A DNA stretch of 64,000 nt from assembly GCA_016840035.1 (NCBI GenBank), contig JAEOTC010000111.1, positions 1 to 64,000 of the forward strand, in the 5' to 3' direction. A model generated the notes under the pieces. The model was not told where the DNA came from. It saw only the letters and a list, made by a program, of their open reading frames with translations, and made no database searches. Below, one piece after another: positions 59,364-64,000 of this stretch (its first letter is position 1; every line of letters begins with the position of its first letter). The position numbers and the translations under genes are program-made. The DNA comes from Candidatus Hodarchaeota archaeon (GTDB lineage Archaea > Asgardarchaeota > Heimdallarchaeia > Hodarchaeales > Hodarchaeaceae).

Positions 59364-60631
59364 CTACCTACTCGATCATCATTTCCATCGGCTTCCTCGA
59401 TAACTGAATCTGTCTTATTAACATGCTCTGAAACAGCTAACTCAGCCACTGTTTGTATTGGACGTTCTGGAAATATACCTTTTGGACGATATATAAGGAA
59501 TAGGATTAATAATATGCCAAAAAAGAATTGTGGGTAATATTCGGGAGGATTAATTACAACTATTTCTTGGAAAAAGGATATAGGGTTCAGTGATAAAAGA
59601 AAATCTCCTATGATTGGTATATGACTTGAGATTTGTTGGTAGAAATCGCTTAATGGGTTCAGAATCCCAACTATTCGACTAACAAGCGTGTCAATATCTC
59701 CCGTTAACGTTCGGGATATATATTCAATACTCCACACAAGCAGACTTCCGAAAATTACGCCCCTGTTATTTCCTATTCCCCCAATAATCACTATTATCCA
59801 CAAGAAGAAAGTATAATAAGGAGGAAATCCATCAGGGGAAAATCCAACAATATAAAGTGCCCAAATTCCTCCTGCAAGTCCTGCGAGAGCACTACTCACA
59901 ACAAATGCTTTGATTCTGTATTCAACAATGTCAACACCAAGACTTTCTGCAGCTAGATCATTATCGCGAATTGATTTCAATACACGTCCAAATGGAGAAT
60001 TATATATAATTTCCACAAACAGATAGACAAGAAGGAACACAGCAGTGATAGAAAAGAGAAAGAGGAAGTCAGCAATTAGGGTTGATGGTAGAACAATATT
60101 CCCTAAGACTAGGTCGGAAGTAATATTTGATCGGAAGATATTTTCTACAGTTAAACCCAAAGTTCCTCCTGCTTCAGATCTATTTTGAGGCCATGCTATC
60201 CACGTTTCTGCCCGTAATACTGTACGTACGATTTCACCTACTGCAATAGTAGTAATTGCTAGATAGTCTTCTCTCAGATCTAATGTTGGTAAGGCAAGGA
60301 GATATCCAAAAAACCCTGCAACGACCATACCAATAGGAATTGCAATAAAAATTGGAAATTTGAACAAATACATCAGTCCAGTAGTGTAACATCCCACCAT
60401 AAAAAACGCGATTTTTCCAAAATTAGAAATCCCAGTTACTCCGACTTCAAGATTCAGAGATAGGGCTGCAATGCCGAAAATACCTGCGTAAGAAAATAAT
60501 GGGAGCGTCAAGTTCAGTGGATTTGGAATAACAAAAGATAGAAGAAAAGTTAACAGGATAAAGGATGAAAACCAACCTCCAATAATCAGTAGAATTCTAT
60601 GACCCTTTAGGTATAATCTTGATGTTTGCAT
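59360..60631 (-). CDS. livM: Branched-chain amino acid ABC transporter permease
   Basis: LREDYLAITT, SPFGRVLKSIRDND, IIGGIGN, RPKGI. Confidence 0.85.
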   Translation of the reverse strand: MQTSRLYLKGHRILLIIGGWFSSFILLTFLLSFVIPNPLNLTLPLFSYAGIFGIAALSLNLEVGVTGISNFGKIAFFMVGCYTTGLMYLFKFPIFIAIPIGMVVAGFFGYLLALPTLDLREDYLAITTIAVGEIVRTVLRAETWIAWPQNRSEAGGTLGLTVENIFRSNITSDLVLGNIVLPSTLIADFLFLFSITAVFLLVYLFVEIIYNSPFGRVLKSIRDNDLAAESLGVDIVEYRIKAFVVSSALAGLAGGIWALYIVGFSPDGFPPYYTFFLWIIVIIGGIGNNRGVIFGSLLVWSIEYISRTLTGDIDTLVSRIVGILNPLSDFYQQISSHIPIIGDFLLSLNPISFFQEIVVINPPEYYPQFFFGILLILFLIYRPKGIFPERPIQTVAELAVSEHVNKTDSVIEEADGNDDRVGR

Positions 60632-60643
60632 TTTAATTTTCTC

Positions 60644-63097
60644 CTAACGATCTTTCGCCAAATCCTCACCATAGATACCTGTAGGTTTAATTAACAAAAC
60701 CATTACTAAGATCATAAAACCAATTGCTACCTGATAGAGCTCACCTAATAAACTTGGTTCCACATTAAAAACATGACTAGACAAATCACCAAGAATGATA
60801 GGTATTTCGAGTCGAATCTGTCCAAACGTTGTAGTTCGCATTGTAGAAATTAAAAATGCACCAAAAACCTCTGCAAATCCAATAATATAACCAGCCACAA
60901 TTGATCCTCGATAACTACCAATTCCTCCTAGAATTACTACCGCGAATGTTGGTAACAACAATAAAAATCCTCTGTCTGGAAAAAGTGTCATATTAGCTAA
61001 GAATCGCAATACTCCACCCATTCCCGCTAAACCAGCTCCGATTACCCAAACTAATGCAATAATAAGCCCTTTCGAGATTCCAGAGGCTTGGGCGAGATCA
61101 GGATTATCAGCCATTGCACGCATAGCCTTTCCAAGTTTTGTGCGTGTGATTAGCAAATCTATCATAATTACAAATATGATTCCAATAATAATTACGAGTA
61201 CATGAAGGTCATATAATGTTGGTTGACCCAAAATTTGAAGGGAGTGTTGCGAAAACGATTGTGAAAATGCATCAGTAAGTAAAACTCGTATGATAAATGA
61301 TACTCCAATACTAGCAATCATTAACGTCATAGGCGTTGCATCTCGAGCACGTAAAGGACGAAAAACTAGAAAATCGACAACTAAGGCGAGGAAAGCACTC
61401 GCAAGACAAGCAACTGCCAGATTAACAATTAGTAAAGGAATAAATGGTATTATTACGAAATTTATCCCGAGGACTGTACTCAAAAATTCTTCCAAAAACA
61501 CTAGCAGTGGAGAGACAATCGGCTCAATCGAGGTTACGATATTAGTAAACCCAGCATCAGTTAAAAATGCTTCTAGTGCAACTAGGAATGGTGGTAACCC
61601 AGTTATAACAATATATGGACCATAAACAACCAATTCTCCATGAGAGAAATTAGCAAAATTCAGAATTTTGAACGTTAGGGAGAGACCAATCCCGAGAAGA
61701 ATATAGATACTACCAATAAAGAATGAACTTCGGAAGATGATAAGTACAATATCCACACCAACCTCAGGAAGCCCATAAGACTCGAAAAATAGTAAGTAGG
61801 ATCTCAAAAAAACAATTAAGAATATGGGAAACGGAAATGCAATAAATTTCCATGAAGTTTGTTCTTTCAAGCTTACAAGGAAAGCCTGAAAATCTACTTT
61901 CGGTGTAACCAATTTCAGAAGTAGTGGCCCAATTAATATTTCAAAGAGAATTCTTTGGTTTAGATTTACAACTGAAGGAAATGGAAAGATCACACCTAAG
62001 AGAGAAAAAGTAGGCCACACTAAAACCACTTTAGAACCCAGAAAATCTAAGGGTATTATCAAAGTCAACCCTAATCCAATAAGGAATATCAACAATAATA
62101 TTGCCTGAGAATTGACTAGATTTGCTAATGAAGTTTTTAAAGTAATCCGTTGCGAAAAATATTTAACTATCTCAGCTTTCCAGACGTATAGAATGGCCAT
62201 TAGCCCATAAATTATATATAAAACTGTATATGAAGTGTCTGAAACTCCAAATAAGGAATTATTCAGAAAAAACGCAAAGAATCCCAATCCCCCGAACAAT
62301 AAAAAGATTAAACCCCAAACTGTAGACAATATTGTAGCTTGACGTTTTAGATTAATATCGGATTTAATCCTTTGAAAACTCCAAACGATTAATAGAATCC
62401 CGAAGAAAATTTCTAATCCAATTTTAATTTTGAAATTAGTTATTGCTGGGTAGGGAAAGTTAATTCCTATTTCAAATTGTTTCAAACTAATCCTTGCACC
62501 AGAGCTAATGAGTTCTAGTGGTACAATGACTAATAACCCTATTCCAAGGATGAGAGAGAAAATTGAAAATATGTTGTGACGAAAGATAACAGCCAATGGT
62601 GTAGTCATCTGATACACTTTTTGAGAGAAAGCAGGAATTCTTTCACGCCAGGTGTACACAAATAGCACAGGGCCGTATACAAGGCAAAAATACGTAATTA
62701 TATTACTTGAAACTCCAAATAGTGGCATATCCAACACAGAACTAAATACTCCAAGACAACCGAAGATAAAAAAGACGAAACTCCATAATAATGCTAGTAA
62801 TTTGATTAGAAAACTAGTTTGATAACGAGTATTCAGTTTAGGAATAGACCACAATAGAACTAGAGGTCCTAAGAAGAGCTCAATGAAAATTCTTGAACTA
62901 AAATTTTGTATGTCAGGATAAGGTATTACTGTTCCATTAAGTAGCATCTCACTCCAAACTATTACTATTCCAGAAGTAAGCAATTCAAGGGGAAGCACTA
63001 GAATTAATCCTGTTCCTAGCAGAAAAAAAAAGCGGATAACAGGTTTGGATTGTAAGGGGGACTTGAAAGAACTCGTACTCATATTTAGTTCACGCAA
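60644..63097 (-). CDS. livH: Branched-chain amino acid ABC transporter permease with a large repeated N-terminal membrane extension
   Basis: C-terminal half NFANFSHGE, TKLGKAMRA, LGGIGS, KPTGI; N-terminal ~400 aa internally repeated. Confidence 0.8.
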   Translation of the reverse strand: MRELNMSTSSFKSPLQSKPVIRFFFLLGTGLILVLPLELLTSGIVIVWSEMLLNGTVIPYPDIQNFSSRIFIELFLGPLVLLWSIPKLNTRYQTSFLIKLLALLWSFVFFIFGCLGVFSSVLDMPLFGVSSNIITYFCLVYGPVLFVYTWRERIPAFSQKVYQMTTPLAVIFRHNIFSIFSLILGIGLLVIVPLELISSGARISLKQFEIGINFPYPAITNFKIKIGLEIFFGILLIVWSFQRIKSDINLKRQATILSTVWGLIFLLFGGLGFFAFFLNNSLFGVSDTSYTVLYIIYGLMAILYVWKAEIVKYFSQRITLKTSLANLVNSQAILLLIFLIGLGLTLIIPLDFLGSKVVLVWPTFSLLGVIFPFPSVVNLNQRILFEILIGPLLLKLVTPKVDFQAFLVSLKEQTSWKFIAFPFPIFLIVFLRSYLLFFESYGLPEVGVDIVLIIFRSSFFIGSIYILLGIGLSLTFKILNFANFSHGELVVYGPYIVITGLPPFLVALEAFLTDAGFTNIVTSIEPIVSPLLVFLEEFLSTVLGINFVIIPFIPLLIVNLAVACLASAFLALVVDFLVFRPLRARDATPMTLMIASIGVSFIIRVLLTDAFSQSFSQHSLQILGQPTLYDLHVLVIIIGIIFVIMIDLLITRTKLGKAMRAMADNPDLAQASGISKGLIIALVWVIGAGLAGMGGVLRFLANMTLFPDRGFLLLLPTFAVVILGGIGSYRGSIVAGYIIGFAEVFGAFLISTMRTTTFGQIRLEIPIILGDLSSHVFNVEPSLLGELYQVAIGFMILVMVLLIKPTGIYGEDLAKDR

Positions 63098-63194
63098 ACA
63101 CTTTGATTTAATGGTTAACTTTGTTATTGGTTATTATTCATCAATTTTTCTAAAAAAAAAAGAGAATTGAGAAATGAAACCACTTTTAAGGTTT

Positions 63195-64000
63195 CTATTT
63201 CTTCTGTTTTCTCCTTCGTAGTCTGGATACAACAACCCATATTCCAAATAATGCAGTAACTATGGGAATTGCTTCAAAACCTGGTGTAGCTGTAGTCGTT
63301 GTTGTTTCCTCGGGTTCTGTGGTAGTAGTTGTCGTTTCTCCAGGTTCAGTTGTAGTTGTCTCTAATTGGAAATTCTCTGGATCTACAAAATTATTGTATA
63401 GTGTAACACCATCTGCTGCAGTCCAATTTCCTACAGCGTGTACTGAACCATCTTGGAATTGCCAAACATCATACGATGATTGGGTAACATCTCCAAGATT
63501 TGAAAATGTTTTATTTCCTGTGGCACCAACGTACCCCTTACCTGCTGCTGCCATTTCAGCGTTAATAAGGGCACCATCATAAGAACCAGCGGCCTCGATA
63601 GCATAAGCACCAACCATCAATGCATCATAGGCAAAATCAGAGAACAAACTAATTTGTCCACCATAATAGGCAAGACCTGCTGCATTGAGGGCTTGTAAAC
63701 TGGCGTTATAGTCATCAAACCTACCTTCACCTGTACCAAATGAATGAGGGCGAGTTCCCAAAGTATATTGAGCATCTTGCACTATAGTAGGTGTTGTGTG
63801 ACTAGAATTGAGAAGAGATGCATCAGCAATACCATCTGTTCCAAAAACAGGTAAATCTACTCCTGCATTACGAAGTTCAGTTATAAATGAACCTCCATCT
63901 GTAATATAGGAAATCAATCCAATTGCTTCAGCGGTAACTGCAGCTTTGATTGATGTTACGGTAACAGAGAAGTCAGTAGTCCCTGGTAAATAGCTGATTT
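63195..64000 (-). CDS. ABC transporter substrate-binding protein (LivJ/K-like) with PGF-CTERM, 5' end outside the window
   Basis: Frame open to the window edge (YLPGTTDFS); AYDA, YVGATG; Thr-rich linker; TPGF-TM-RRRK. Confidence 0.85.
   Translation of the reverse strand, partial: ISYLPGTTDFSVTVTSIKAAVTAEAIGLISYITDGGSFITELRNAGVDLPVFGTDGIADASLLNSSHTTPTIVQDAQYTLGTRPHSFGTGEGRFDDYNASLQALNAAGLAYYGGQISLFSDFAYDALMVGAYAIEAAGSYDGALINAEMAAAGKGYVGATGNKTFSNLGDVTQSSYDVWQFQDGSVHAVGNWTAADGVTLYNNFVDPENFQLETTTTEPGETTTTTTEPEETTTTTATPGFEAIPIVTALFGIWVVVSRLRRRKQKK

Noticed and set aside
63290-63360. Repeated GTTGT/GTAGT units, also near 21750-21840 and 24175-24240
   Set aside because: They encode Thr-rich linkers; there is no repeat-spacer structure, so this is not CRISPR
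1319-63613. Numerous 60-155 aa ORFs antisense to or nested within long genes (for example 11226-11609, 42386-42853, 61290-61625, 63262-63582)
   Set aside because: They are shadows of well-supported genes, often mirror low-complexity tracts, and have no motifs

Overview
AT-rich, gene-dense archaeal chromosomal segment. Archaeal-type TyrRS, DGGGP-synthase-like UbiA, AMP phosphorylase, PGF-CTERM-like surface anchors, a divergent small GTPase and bacterial-type ATP-PFK together suggest an Asgard archaeon (Heimdallarchaeia/Hodarchaeales-like); this assignment is inference. No rRNA, tRNA, CRISPR array or transposase was recognised. Most genes are metabolic: hydroxyproline dehydratase plus activase, AbfD-like dehydratase, two non-homologous threonine dehydrogenases, glucan phosphorylase, PFK and a Liv-type ABC transporter. 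The best candidate for an undescribed system is a co-oriented cluster at 37.9-45.3 kb: atypical small GTPase, tandem winged-helix protein, amidohydrolase, a 1002-aa GCS2-fold carboxylate-amine ligase with a Lys/Pro-rich linker and beta-rich C-terminal domains, and a CDC48-N/vWA fusion. It may be a protein-tagging/untagging and delivery system. Other highlights are an RHH-paralog pair plus bactofilin-like gene behind a TGTCATAC operator array (11.8-13.9 kb), a candidate structured RNA at 31.2-31.4 kb, and a HerA-like ATPase with a coiled coil and tandem zinc fingers. All family calls come from motif recognition by eye, not database searches.
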